64,000 bases of DNA from a virus, in the IMG/VR virus record IMGVR_UViG_3300017991_000064, positions 32,001-96,000 of that record; one strand, given 5' to 3'. The notes below the pieces were generated by a model. It saw only the letters and a list, made by a program, of their open reading frames with translations, searched no databases and was not told the DNA's origin. The translations under genes were made by a program, and so were the position numbers. Below are positions 38,134-48,565 of this stretch, in pieces (positions within the stretch are counted from its first letter, which is position 1; the number at the start of each line of letters is the position of its first letter).

Positions 38134-38475
38134 TTAGGTTAGTTGAACTTTTCTTTGATCACCGGAAGCCAGCCTGGTGACCAACCAGAGAGCATCGGCC
38201 CCTGAAGTATCATACCACAGGACGGATTGTCCATCAACAGCAAGAGTGGGTTCAGCAGCAGCAGACACGAGAGGAGGAACCATAGCAGCGCTACCTTTAA
38301 GATTCACCCTCAGAGCATGGTTACCCTCATCATGAGCCAACCTCAGAAATTCATCGAGGTTGGTAGATTCACCGATAGCATCCACCGATGCAGCAGCACC
38401 ATCAGCTACCACGTTAATCGCACCCTTGGTCTGATCGAACACATCCAGTAAGATCGAGTCAGCAGTTCTTCCCAT
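38134..38475 (-). CDS. Small putative virion protein
   Basis: IGESTNLDE motif, strong RBS and its own hairpin terminator. Confidence 0.5.
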   Translation of the reverse strand: MGRTADSILLDVFDQTKGAINVVADGAAASVDAIGESTNLDEFLRLAHDEGNHALRVNLKGSAAMVPPLVSAAAEPTLAVDGQSVLWYDTSGADALWLVTRLASGDQRKVQLT

Positions 38476-38657
38476 TTTCTTTTACCTCCTGTTTTGATCA
38501 TTAAAATGATCTTTAATTATTAGATATAATAGTGACAATACCAACATCACCCATGCTGATGTTAAAGGTGTATTAAAACTTACCTGAATAAGATGAAAGA
38601 GGAAAGTAAGCATTAGATGAAAGTATCCTTAGATTCCACCCATGTTTACAAATGTCT

Positions 38658-41600
38658 CTAGATATTGTCTTCAATTTTCTTTAGTTTCAGAGGATAAATG
38701 TTATTGTTCTCCTTATCCAAGAAGAGAATCTGAAGACCTAACTCAGTAGTTTTCACTACCTTCATGTATCCATTTGCTACATCCGTAAGGTCAGTCCCGG
38801 AGATGATCTGGATAGACATAATGGTGCCATCCGGATTAGTTATCCAAAGTTGTACGTTACCTGTAACACCGTCATTCACCAAGATGAAAATTCTACCATC
38901 AGCAACAGTTCCCCCAATAATGTTTGCTTTTATAGCAGTTATGGTAGAATTCAATTCTCCGCGATCACTAAATACCATGAAGTCAAACACATGTGCAGAT
39001 GCTACATCGAAGTGTAATTGTCTACTCTTATTCTCAAGACCTAAGTACCAGGTAGCAAATTCTGTACTCGGACTGGTACCACTATGTATAATGGCTACCT
39101 TAGCCACCGAAAGATCCCTAAGAGCAAGTCTAAGGCCGACCACTCTATAAAGATTAGCTGGAGTGGTGTCTGTAGAGTAGTTAGCACTTATGAACCTAAC
39201 AAGAGAGTCTCCAACCAACCTATTCATAACATTCAGACTGTTACCCGTAACATCACCACCTGTAAGGTCATAAGAATCTATTAGATACTCTAAGGAATCT
39301 ACAGACGCTAAAGCAACAGTGGTCTTGAAGGAAAAGTCATATAAGTAAACCATCCAATGATCTACCCCAATAGCTTCAGCATTCAAACTGACCCAGCTAA
39401 AGATCAAATTACCCTCTTGGCTCATTACCTTCAAACCATCAACCGAACCACTTGTAGCTACACCATTCCACCAGGTTACCGTCTTCACAATTGATTGAGA
39501 CAATGAGAGGGTTCCCATATCTACAGCCAGGGCTCTCATTTTATAATCTGTCCCAGTTAAACCCCCCATTAAGAGGTACATATTATTAGCTACGAAGATA
39601 GCATCACTAAGTTCCACATTTGATAATGCCTCAATAACAAATGATTCGGTCGATGATAAGGTTCCTGAATCAATGTCAATAATATGAGCATAGAGAGTAT
39701 TGGTATCGAATTTGAAGAGGATCACATAGTTCTGATACCAACCATACTTGTCAGATATATTTGTATCCCCCGTATCTATATCATCAACCAGTGACATATC
39801 CTTATCATACAGATAAAGATGCCCATTAGCCTTATTTAGAACCATGATATACTCTGGGTGGTCTAAGAATCTGATATCAGTACCTGCAAAGGATACAGCA
39901 GACCCCAATATGGGATAATATTGTCCATTACAGATGTCCATTGTTGATTTCAAAGGTTCATCGATATATTTCATCCTACCCAATAGAGTATCTGAAGTAA
40001 CTACTCCTAGATGACCTATGCTTGGTACCATGAGTAGAGTATCATCCACTAAGCTACCAGAGGGAGATTCTGACTTTACATAGTCAAGTTGATTAACCAA
40101 GACATCATATTGAGCATGACTATGTAAAGCATCAGCAGAACTACCACCAACAAGAGTAGCAAACTGTGTTCTCTGGATAGCCGTCAATTCCCACCGCTTT
40201 AGGAAAGATGGTGTTGTTTGTACTATGTATAGATCCCAGTCATCAACTGAAGCAGAGCCCATCATTGACAGAACCAGGACTGGTACATCATCCAAAGCTT
40301 CGAATACCCAACCGCTAGCAGTATCGGTAGCAATCTGTTGTGGATAACTTGCCCAGGCACCAGTGGGAGAATCAAGGATCAAATATCTTTTATCATCCCC
40401 GGCAGGTGTAGGTGGAGTATTTGAAGCATCGTAAACTGGAAGAATCATTGGCATCTTGAGGAATGACTCAAGGTTCTTAGCGAAGTAGCCAGTAGAAGAC
40501 TTAAACACCCAGTAACGATAGTTCTCTTGTTTAGTACTATCCATCTTTGATAGAACCAGAACAGGAACAGTATACTGCTGGAACTGCCAACCTCCTGCGC
40601 CATCAATAGCAATCTCGCAAGGATGACCATTCCAATCTCCAGTAGGATTATCCAGAGTAAGATATCTTTTGTTATCTGCTGCTGATACTGGAGGTGTATT
40701 TGAAGCGTCCTCAACAGCTTCTACAGTAGCAGGATTATCGCCAATGGCTGCTATGATTGCAGCATATTCCGCCGCTGTAATCTTTTTGTATGCAGATCCC
40801 TGTTGAACCTCATCCATCGTGACCAGTTCAGATACCTTCTGAGTATAACCTGATGGATTAGATTTGAAGATGTAGAATCTCCAATTTGTTTTGGTTGCTG
40901 TATTCTCTTTTGACAGAACCAGTGTATCATCTGTAAAGTCAAAGAATTCCCATCCACCAACAGCATCCTTTGCTACCTGGTAAGCATGACCATTCCAATC
41001 TCCAGTAGGAGAATCAGAGCAGAGATAAAGTTTATTATCCTGGGCGGCAGCCGGGGGTGTATTAGAGATGTACTCCACTGGAGAGATACAAGGAACCTTC
41101 AATCCAAGATAGGTAGTAAGGTTCTTGTAAACTGTACCACTTATATGCCCATAGGTGGCACTATCTGAATCCACCTCAATTGAAAGAGTGTCATTGTGCA
41201 CCATCGTGGATCCAGCATTGAAGATTCCTGTCGCAGTCTGTACAGCCTTCATCTTTGGAGCGGGAGTTGGTTGATCAGCATCCAGGTCCAGGAAGAAGGT
41301 AGCATGATCAAAGGAGTAGAAGGTCCAGGTAGAACTCCCATCGGATACAGCCAGTTCGTAATTGTGATTTAGAAATGCTCCTGTGCCAGCACTTCCTACC
41401 ATTATCCTTAATCCTGCAGCATGAGCTGGCGGTGTATTGGTAACATATGAAACCGGGAATACCATGGGGCCCATGTTTCCAACGGCCTCAACTACACCAC
41501 TATAGCGATCGATATCAGGTACGCTGTCAACCGACAATGGGCCGGTACTGATTGATGCCAGAATGATATCTGTTGCTACCAGTTCTCCGGATGTTACGGA

Positions 41601-41915
41601 TAGAATGTCCATCCATTCATTGACCTGCGGTTTCCATTCAAACCGTGCTATAATGTATTCATCACCTGGGTCCGATGTTACATCGTAGTTCAATGTGGTA
41701 CTGATATTGATGAGCCCGGGATCCCCCGCCTTATCAAGTATAGCCACCTTGAAAGGAGGAACTCTTACATCAGATCCACTCACAAAGGGAATTCCATCCC
41801 TTCCCAGAATCCCAGCATTTAGAACATGTTCGAATACATACTTGAGTACGTCACCTTTGTACTCAGATCCGTATTTACCAAAAACTTTCTGACCAGCGAT
41901 ATTAGTAGCACCCAT
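38658..41915 (-). CDS. Tail fibre / baseplate-attached protein with four DUF2793-like repeats
   Basis: Repeats of NTPP...D.KRYL....PTG.W.GH...IA....GGW.F and a beta-rich C-terminus. Follows the baseplate genes. Confidence 0.65.
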   Translation of the reverse strand: MGATNIAGQKVFGKYGSEYKGDVLKYVFEHVLNAGILGRDGIPFVSGSDVRVPPFKVAILDKAGDPGLINISTTLNYDVTSDPGDEYIIARFEWKPQVNEWMDILSVTSGELVATDIILASISTGPLSVDSVPDIDRYSGVVEAVGNMGPMVFPVSYVTNTPPAHAAGLRIMVGSAGTGAFLNHNYELAVSDGSSTWTFYSFDHATFFLDLDADQPTPAPKMKAVQTATGIFNAGSTMVHNDTLSIEVDSDSATYGHISGTVYKNLTTYLGLKVPCISPVEYISNTPPAAAQDNKLYLCSDSPTGDWNGHAYQVAKDAVGGWEFFDFTDDTLVLSKENTATKTNWRFYIFKSNPSGYTQKVSELVTMDEVQQGSAYKKITAAEYAAIIAAIGDNPATVEAVEDASNTPPVSAADNKRYLTLDNPTGDWNGHPCEIAIDGAGGWQFQQYTVPVLVLSKMDSTKQENYRYWVFKSSTGYFAKNLESFLKMPMILPVYDASNTPPTPAGDDKRYLILDSPTGAWASYPQQIATDTASGWVFEALDDVPVLVLSMMGSASVDDWDLYIVQTTPSFLKRWELTAIQRTQFATLVGGSSADALHSHAQYDVLVNQLDYVKSESPSGSLVDDTLLMVPSIGHLGVVTSDTLLGRMKYIDEPLKSTMDICNGQYYPILGSAVSFAGTDIRFLDHPEYIMVLNKANGHLYLYDKDMSLVDDIDTGDTNISDKYGWYQNYVILFKFDTNTLYAHIIDIDSGTLSSTESFVIEALSNVELSDAIFVANNMYLLMGGLTGTDYKMRALAVDMGTLSLSQSIVKTVTWWNGVATSGSVDGLKVMSQEGNLIFSWVSLNAEAIGVDHWMVYLYDFSFKTTVALASVDSLEYLIDSYDLTGGDVTGNSLNVMNRLVGDSLVRFISANYSTDTTPANLYRVVGLRLALRDLSVAKVAIIHSGTSPSTEFATWYLGLENKSRQLHFDVASAHVFDFMVFSDRGELNSTITAIKANIIGGTVADGRIFILVNDGVTGNVQLWITNPDGTIMSIQIISGTDLTDVANGYMKVVKTTELGLQILFLDKENNNIYPLKLKKIEDNI

Positions 41916-41940
41916 TTCCTATGCCTCCTTTATGTTCTTA

Positions 41941-42315
41941 TCAGAAATTGATCAGAAGTTGTATCCAGCCTTCATTTGAATCTGTTTTAGCTATTGGATC
42001 AAAAACTCCATAACAAAACAAAATCCCGGTATCAGTGAATACACCGATCTCACTGATGGTGGAAGGATCTGGAAGTCCTGATATCTGTGGCAGATGACAG
42101 TAGAAACGAAGTACATTGAATGCGGGTTTCGTTAAAGTTAGATCTGTCTGATCCACAGCAATTGGGGTATTTAATGCCGATTGTGTTTCATCTGGAACAT
42201 AATTGAAACCACCAGTACCAACCAGGAACTTTGGGAAGTCCCAAGCCGAACCAGCAATCGCCTTATCCACCAGATATTCACGACCATCATTGGTCCATAC
42301 AGCTAAAACATCCAT
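41941..42315 (-). CDS. Tail-collar / fibre attachment protein
   Basis: T..GR...GTGG...ISEIGVF...G.LF pattern. Confidence 0.6.
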   Translation of the reverse strand: MDVLAVWTNDGREYLVDKAIAGSAWDFPKFLVGTGGFNYVPDETQSALNTPIAVDQTDLTLTKPAFNVLRFYCHLPQISGLPDPSTISEIGVFTDTGILFCYGVFDPIAKTDSNEGWIQLLINF

Positions 42316-42334
42316 CTTCTTTTGCCTCCTGTAA

Positions 42335-43204
42335 TTATGTGAATGTCACTTCAATACCAACTCTTGTGGTACTTTGTTTGTCTGATTGGAAGCCCTGTAC
42401 AGTATCTGTATGTACCCCCATATCAGCATAAAGAAATTGAGTAACCTGATCATACTCTAAGGTATATGTAAAATCAGTGTTAGTAAAGCTCACTGATATT
42501 TCAGCGTAGGGAATGTCTGTATTTTCCCACTCTAACGGATCCTCATTTAATCTCTGTTCATTCTGCCACTTCCAATGAATCCAAAGATACTGTAACCATT
42601 GAACAAAGATAGAAGCTGTAACGTTTGCCTGGTATGGTGGAATCACTACACCCCAGTAAGCCCCAGATATAACATTCTTTGTAAAGGGATAGTAATAGTA
42701 GTCAATGAACTCTTTCAACCTAGCAAAGTCATCTGCCCAGTCATATTCATCCTTCGTAGATGTGGGATCAAAAATGGGAATGACCAAGTAATCATTGGTT
42801 TCAATCGGATACAGGATAGGATTAATACCATAATTTCCAGCACCGTCTGTACGAAGTCTAATAACAAAAACACCTAGATGATACTCAAACAATTTGAAGA
42901 TCTCGGTAAGAACTTTAGTTTTCGTCCCAATCAATCCATCCAATCTATAAAAACTTCCTGCTAGTCTTAACTTATCATCAGTAGTAAGTTTAAGAGTGTA
43001 AGGTAATGCTCTCTCTTTATAGTACTGAATGAAGATTAGTTCTGCTAAGCGTTCCCGATAGAAGGTTGTATCTGGGGAAATGTTCTCAAAGAAATTTTGT
43101 ATCTCCTCCGTAGCAAGAACCTCTTCCAACCCCTCGAACAATTGATACACAGAAGGATTGCGTTTGAGGTATTCTGGTATCAAATGTATTAGTTTCAAGT
43201 TCAT
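42335..43204 (-). CDS. Baseplate wedge protein (gp7 / tail protein I-like)
   Basis: LIPEYL...Y...GTK pattern and position after the gp6-like gene. Confidence 0.5.
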   Translation of the reverse strand: MNLKLIHLIPEYLKRNPSVYQLFEGLEEVLATEEIQNFFENISPDTTFYRERLAELIFIQYYKERALPYTLKLTTDDKLRLAGSFYRLDGLIGTKTKVLTEIFKLFEYHLGVFVIRLRTDGAGNYGINPILYPIETNDYLVIPIFDPTSTKDEYDWADDFARLKEFIDYYYYPFTKNVISGAYWGVVIPPYQANVTASIFVQWLQYLWIHWKWQNEQRLNEDPLEWENTDIPYAEISVSFTNTDFTYTLEYDQVTQFLYADMGVHTDTVQGFQSDKQSTTRVGIEVTFT

Positions 43205-43216
43205 TGAGTTACTCCC

Positions 43217-45397
43217 TTAGTCATTCACGAAGTTTACAATACCGGTAGTAAGGACAGATGATCCCTTCATGTACTCTCTATTGTTAAGAATTAAAGAATA
43301 ATTGTCACATACTGGAAGAACATAAATTCGTGAGGTAGACCCTAAGAATGACAGCGTAAAACTAATCACCCCATTTGGTTTATCTATCGTATATGAGATA
43401 GATACATAAGCATCCTGATACGTCCCCGAGGCGTCAGATAGCTCCACCTGATGATAACCAAGAGCAGGAAAAACGAGAGTAAACTTCTTCAAATTTCTAC
43501 TAATGGTATCACTAAAAGCTACCGTTGGAGCATAAGTTTCATTCGTTGATATCATAAAACGGAAGGTACCATTGAGAGTAATAATCTCCTCAACCTCCGT
43601 TGCAATCTGAGACTTGAGAGTATCGAGTGTTAGGGTCTGATCAAAGAAGTAATTCAGATTCTCAAGAGCAGCATTGAAAAGATCACTAATGTCTCCACTT
43701 GAAGTATGATAAACATTTCCTATGTAGCACAATCCTAATTCACGGGGAGCCAGGATGGTATAGTCTACGAAGGAATTATCTACAAAGAACTCATTCACAG
43801 CATCAATCACTGCTTGAGTGTAGGGATAGAATGTTACCTTAATAACATCACTCTCCTCATAGGCATTAGACTCATAAACCTCTGGGATGTTCTGAAGATG
43901 GTACCTGAAATCATTCCTGGTAACCAAAGCATTATTCTCAACCTTCTTATCTCTCATATAGTTCCTAAGGAGATCAACAGTGGAAAGATTCGGTTGAAAG
44001 ATTTTTCTTTCAAACCCAATATTGATAGTTCCGAAGGTAACATCAGCATCATCAGTAAGAAGTTTGAGTAGCATATATGAAGAGTCTGTAGCTCCAGTTT
44101 GAGAGTTACAAAGATTCGTAAAATCAACATCACCAGCATCGTAAACCGTACCTGGGGCCGGAAGATCATTCAACTTCATTCGAAAGGTGAAAGGTAGGTT
44201 AACGGGGGAGATATTCGGTTGAAGGTTAAATGACCATAATGTATCAGACAAACGAGTAATATCAGATGATATGATTTCGAAGTCAGACGCCTGTAGAAGT
44301 TTAATGTTACCGGTAGGAATGTAGGTAGCCTGGCCTGTGATGCTATTCAAAGTGATGGTTCCAGCATTAAGAATCTCAGTAATAAACTCTAGGGGAAGTT
44401 CAGTAGAAGACAGGTCTGTATCATCCAGAAGAACCTTAAAATCCTCAGTATTCAGAAGACCCGAGAATTCAACAGAGTTTAGTATCGAGAGTTCCATTGT
44501 GTCATTCACATTGAAACCCTCAAATACAATCATTACTTGTTCTTCATCGCCATTGTATGAAAGAAAAGTTTTTGTGGAATCGGTAGATTGATATTGATTA
44601 GCATACAACTCAAACTCAGTACTATCACTGACTCTTCTGATGTAGTAAACTTTGTTCAGATTACTGAAGAGTTGATTGAAGTTAGTAGATGTGAGGACAA
44701 CACTTTGAAGTGTCTGGAGTAGAGTCCGAAAGACATGATTAGAAACAATGTCGTACTGCGTGGAAGCTGTAGTTGAGCCACTTTCCCAATTGGTCACAGA
44801 CATTGAAATTAGTGGAGCAGCAAACCCCAGGATCCTAGTGATAGTGATCCCTACATTCATTGTAAGGGGTACCTGAAAAACAGCAGGGTCGTTGTTAGCA
44901 GAATACAACTTCTTCGTTGGATAGAACTTGAAGTAACCTTCTACTTTTCCATCATCAGTGAACTTATGCCTTAGTCTAATTACCCCACTTAGAGTCAAGG
45001 TAAGATTCACTTCCCATGAAGCATTGTAGTCTGGATCAGTATTAGGATTCTCAGAAAAGGTGTAGTCTGTAGCACCAGTCAGTTCATAGCCGCCCCAGAG
45101 TACCCTATTGATGGTAAACTGTCTTGCATTGAATTGAAGGAACTTCTCAAAATTGAAACCATGCCGTTGAAGAAAATTCACCAGGGTATCGAACCTTCGT
45201 GCTGATTCCTCAAAGGTCTCCTCATATGTTCTGTTAGCAAAGTAGTTTACTCTCCCGGCTATCTCACATAGGAGCTTGGAGATTACTTGCCCTGCTTCTG
45301 ATTCTATCTCTCGTGACCAGTATCCCTGGTCCGACATATACTGAAAAAATTCAGACCATAATGTTTCTGGATCTGTTGTAATGAAACGCTCACTCAC
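43217..45397 (-). CDS. Baseplate wedge subunit (T4 gp6 / J-like)
   Basis: E.F.ESA N-terminal motif, ALVT.NDF, and position after the gp25-like gene. Confidence 0.7.
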   Translation of the reverse strand: MSERFITTDPETLWSEFFQYMSDQGYWSREIESEAGQVISKLLCEIAGRVNYFANRTYEETFEESARRFDTLVNFLQRHGFNFEKFLQFNARQFTINRVLWGGYELTGATDYTFSENPNTDPDYNASWEVNLTLTLSGVIRLRHKFTDDGKVEGYFKFYPTKKLYSANNDPAVFQVPLTMNVGITITRILGFAAPLISMSVTNWESGSTTASTQYDIVSNHVFRTLLQTLQSVVLTSTNFNQLFSNLNKVYYIRRVSDSTEFELYANQYQSTDSTKTFLSYNGDEEQVMIVFEGFNVNDTMELSILNSVEFSGLLNTEDFKVLLDDTDLSSTELPLEFITEILNAGTITLNSITGQATYIPTGNIKLLQASDFEIISSDITRLSDTLWSFNLQPNISPVNLPFTFRMKLNDLPAPGTVYDAGDVDFTNLCNSQTGATDSSYMLLKLLTDDADVTFGTINIGFERKIFQPNLSTVDLLRNYMRDKKVENNALVTRNDFRYHLQNIPEVYESNAYEESDVIKVTFYPYTQAVIDAVNEFFVDNSFVDYTILAPRELGLCYIGNVYHTSSGDISDLFNAALENLNYFFDQTLTLDTLKSQIATEVEEIITLNGTFRFMISTNETYAPTVAFSDTISRNLKKFTLVFPALGYHQVELSDASGTYQDAYVSISYTIDKPNGVISFTLSFLGSTSRIYVLPVCDNYSLILNNREYMKGSSVLTTGIVNFVND

Positions 45398-45412
45398 CTT
45401 ATGCCTCCTACG

Positions 45413-45754
45413 TTAAAATCCTGGAATGACCATTTCTAATGTGAGTTGATTCCCCTTGAAGGATGTCATATTAATAGTAAGCTTATAACTATTAGCATCC
45501 AACCTATCCAGGAAGATCGTATCCACTGCCACCCTTGGTTCGTATTTCTCTATTGTCTGCCTTATTAAGGGTTCTAGCCCCCTAGTAAAACTAACCTCAT
45601 TCTTAAATAGTAGGGACCTAAGATTCATAAAACCTTGAATCCCTAAGGCCTCTTTGTCGCTTACTCTCAAAATCATCTTCACCGATTCAAGAATTGCCTC
45701 ATCCTCATTGGTAGTAAAAGTAAACGTCTTCAAAAGTAGAGCATAATCAGCCAT
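45413..45754 (-). CDS. Baseplate gp25-like protein
   Basis: AI.ESV..IL...LF...I...IEKYEPRV. Confidence 0.85.
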   Translation of the reverse strand: MADYALLLKTFTFTTNEDEAILESVKMILRVSDKEALGIQGFMNLRSLLFKNEVSFTRGLEPLIRQTIEKYEPRVAVDTIFLDRLDANSYKLTINMTSFKGNQLTLEMVIPGF

Positions 45755-45774
45755 ATCAATTCTCTCCTCAATGA

Positions 45775-45852
45775 TCGTCGATTTTTAAGTTAAGGATTTC
45801 CACTGCTAGGATAAACAAATTAAACCTACCCACCAAATTTTCATCCTAGCAT
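45775..45852 (-). repeat. Dispersed ~78-bp intergenic element, copy C
   Basis: TGCTAGGATGAAAATTTGGT...AAAAATCGACGA aligns without gaps to copy A. Confidence 0.8.
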
Positions 45853-45857
45853 AGGGA

Positions 45858-47081
45858 TTATTTCGTCTCAATTTCCTTACCATTATATTTTGCTTTCCCG
45901 GCGGTAAGTAGATTTATGTCACCACCACAAAGTATTCTTACGCTAGATGCGGCATCTAACTGAATCTCACCAGCGGTTTCTATCTTTACTTCATCAGTTG
46001 CAGAGATTCTAATCTTGTTCGTTGCCTCTATAACAGTTTCATCATCAGATGCCACAAGGACCTTCTCTCCACCAAATGCTGCAGCTCCCTCTCCTGCCGC
46101 CGCCGCTACATGAATTTCATCACCACCAAATTGGCCGGTGGGATCCAGATTTTCATGTGAGATCCCGATAAAATGAGAATCTAGTGGGCCAGAACCAAAG
46201 AAACATCGTGCCGTAACACCCAAAGGAGAAATTTCAACCTCATACCGCTTATCAGGATCGGTGTCATCGTAAGGAATAGTAATCTTTATCTTACTATCTT
46301 CACCCACTAACGAAAACCCTAGAGCACCCTGGATGATTGTGATAAGTGAAACCTTAAAGTAAGTATACCAATACTTTGGGGAGAGGAGAGAGAGAAAACC
46401 AGTTTCAGTCTCATCAGGATTAGTATCCTTAGGTTTCTCTGCTCTCCCAATCCTTAACCAGGGAAAAAACGGTGTAACTGGATCACTATCACTTCCAACC
46501 TCAGTTTCATCCTTGTAACTAGTAAATGATGTTATAGGTTGTTCTTTATTGAAGAAGGTCTTTTGTCTACCTTCATCAGCAATCTTTTCGTAGTTGTCCT
46601 TGAAGTAATCTTCGTCTAGGTCAAGTTGTTCCAGTGCAGCATTAATTGTATCTAGAGTTTCGGTATCAAAGATCTCTTCCAACACTTCGTAGATGTTATC
46701 ATACTCACTAGGAACCTCTTCTTCTGTCTCTTCATCAATGTAAGCAGGGCGGATGTATCTATAAGGTAGGTAAAGGGGTTTGGAGATATCATCATTCTCA
46801 AAGAGAAGAATAACTCTATCACCAACCGCTGGAACCGTACCTTCAAGGATTTCACTCCCTAGTTTCCTATGAATCAGAGAGACGGACCAGGGCAGTAGAT
46901 CATATTTTAGTTTAGTCGTGGCAGCATCGTTGTCAACCATCCCTTCAAACATAAAGCAGTTGACCTTGACCTGACTAGATAACAGATATTCATTCTCATC
47001 ACGATCCTGAAGAACAACTTTACCCACAACCATTTGTTTCGTTAATCCAAAATTTTGAAAACCTCTTTGATTTATGTTCAT
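45858..47081 (-). CDS. Baseplate central spike (gp5/VgrG OB-fold + beta-helix)
   Basis: QVKV...LPW...VP.VGD.V.L.FE.DD...P.Y, and C-terminal I.I.A repeats. Confidence 0.75.
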   Translation of the reverse strand: MNINQRGFQNFGLTKQMVVGKVVLQDRDENEYLLSSQVKVNCFMFEGMVDNDAATTKLKYDLLPWSVSLIHRKLGSEILEGTVPAVGDRVILLFENDDISKPLYLPYRYIRPAYIDEETEEEVPSEYDNIYEVLEEIFDTETLDTINAALEQLDLDEDYFKDNYEKIADEGRQKTFFNKEQPITSFTSYKDETEVGSDSDPVTPFFPWLRIGRAEKPKDTNPDETETGFLSLLSPKYWYTYFKVSLITIIQGALGFSLVGEDSKIKITIPYDDTDPDKRYEVEISPLGVTARCFFGSGPLDSHFIGISHENLDPTGQFGGDEIHVAAAAGEGAAAFGGEKVLVASDDETVIEATNKIRISATDEVKIETAGEIQLDAASSVRILCGGDINLLTAGKAKYNGKEIETK

Positions 47082-48250
47082 CGTGGATCTCTCTTCAAAA
47101 CTACACCGTAGAGTTTAGTGTAGATACCTGAGTTTCTTTTCACAAAAAATAATTTCTGGAGAACAACATAGAGACCAGATGCTCCTGTGTTTGATGTTAT
47201 TTTGTAGAGATGTCCAACTTCTGGATCCCCGGATATGTATCCTTGTATAGTTGTGGTATATAAGTAATTTCGGACAAACCTCCAAAATTCATGATTGTTA
47301 GCGTAGGTGTCAAGATAGAGTCGTTGTAAGTCATTTTTCCTTCCTATGTCAAAAGTTCGGATTGGTTCAATTCCACCCTCAACAGCTTCAGCTCCCTCTT
47401 TCTCTGGGTCAAAGAGCTCTTCTGTTAGGTAGGGTACGAAATCTTGCCACTCTTCAGGTTTCAATGTTGTCCCTGTACTATCGGTCTCATTCTCTTCATC
47501 ACGTGAATGGTAAGTATGGTATAAAGCATCCTTGTAAAATTGCCACTTGAGGTTGTTGTTAAGAATAGCATGAGTGTACTTGTATACATGAGATCGTGTC
47601 CTAACAACATCTTTCAAATTAGATGGTTTTACATCTTTTCCCTCGGCCGAATTGATCTTATCTATAAACGACACTACCTTGCCTTCACCAGAAAGATTAA
47701 TGTAAGCTACCATACCAGGAACATCATCCTCAGAGGTAGCAAAGTAAGTAAGGTTGCTCAAGAATTGCAATGCTGTTTCATATCCCTTATAAACAAAGAA
47801 GAAATCATCTTCTTCAACAAGTGGTTCTTCTCTTTCATATGAGAAGTTGTAATGATCATAAACTTCCTGAAGAGAGTTTACTTTGAAAGCTTTCGGCAAC
47901 CTATCATTAATCAAACTAGCAGACTGAAGGTTGTGGCCAGCAAAATCTAGTACTCTCTCTTGATTCTCTTCTAACCTAATACCCGACTGGGATAGCTTTG
48001 ATGATATGAGAAATTCAGTTTCCACATGTTGATTCGGATCTGGTCCATTCCCAAATTTCAGAGTAATTGGATACCATCCTTTAATACCAGTTGTTACCCC
48101 GAATCTATCAAAACCAGTGAATCTCAGTGTAGGAATTACTGAGAGAAACCCATATGAGAGTACGATGCTCTCAAAGTCTACATCCGTCATTGGTAGAGAG
48201 AGCTCATTAAATTTGATGTCAGCATAAAGACTATTGGTAAAAGCTGGCAT
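47078..48250 (-). CDS. Baseplate hub protein (gp27-like)
   Basis: Position before the spike gene and a C-terminal G.P.VG...SGLYVV motif. Confidence 0.55.
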   Translation of the reverse strand: MPAFTNSLYADIKFNELSLPMTDVDFESIVLSYGFLSVIPTLRFTGFDRFGVTTGIKGWYPITLKFGNGPDPNQHVETEFLISSKLSQSGIRLEENQERVLDFAGHNLQSASLINDRLPKAFKVNSLQEVYDHYNFSYEREEPLVEEDDFFFVYKGYETALQFLSNLTYFATSEDDVPGMVAYINLSGEGKVVSFIDKINSAEGKDVKPSNLKDVVRTRSHVYKYTHAILNNNLKWQFYKDALYHTYHSRDEENETDSTGTTLKPEEWQDFVPYLTEELFDPEKEGAEAVEGGIEPIRTFDIGRKNDLQRLYLDTYANNHEFWRFVRNYLYTTTIQGYISGDPEVGHLYKITSNTGASGLYVVLQKLFFVKRNSGIYTKLYGVVLKRDPR

Positions 48251-48253
48251 AGA

Positions 48254-48565
48254 TTACTCCACAGTTTCAGAAGGGTTGTTTACTTCGATCGCATCATCCA
48301 AGGTTGTATTTAATTCTGCTATATCAGAGACATATGGTATTTTTATAATCATACCTGGCACAACCTCGTTAATGGGATCCATAAGATTATTTACTTCAGC
48401 AATAATCCACCAGTATTCTTTGTCACCCAGATTACGTTGTGCAATAAGATCCAACCTACCCTGTTCGTCGCTAGCAACAGTAATCTCACTATAACCCTCT
48501 TTCCGGTAGGAGTATCGTTTCTTTTTGAAGAAGTCACCATCATTTAGTAATACAGCCCAACCCAT
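48254..48565 (-). CDS. Baseplate wedge gp53 / LysM-like protein
   Basis: GRLDLIA...LG...YWWIIA..NN..DP...PG..IKIP. Confidence 0.8.
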   Translation of the reverse strand: MGWAVLLNDGDFFKKKRYSYRKEGYSEITVASDEQGRLDLIAQRNLGDKEYWWIIAEVNNLMDPINEVVPGMIIKIPYVSDIAELNTTLDDAIEVNNPSETVE

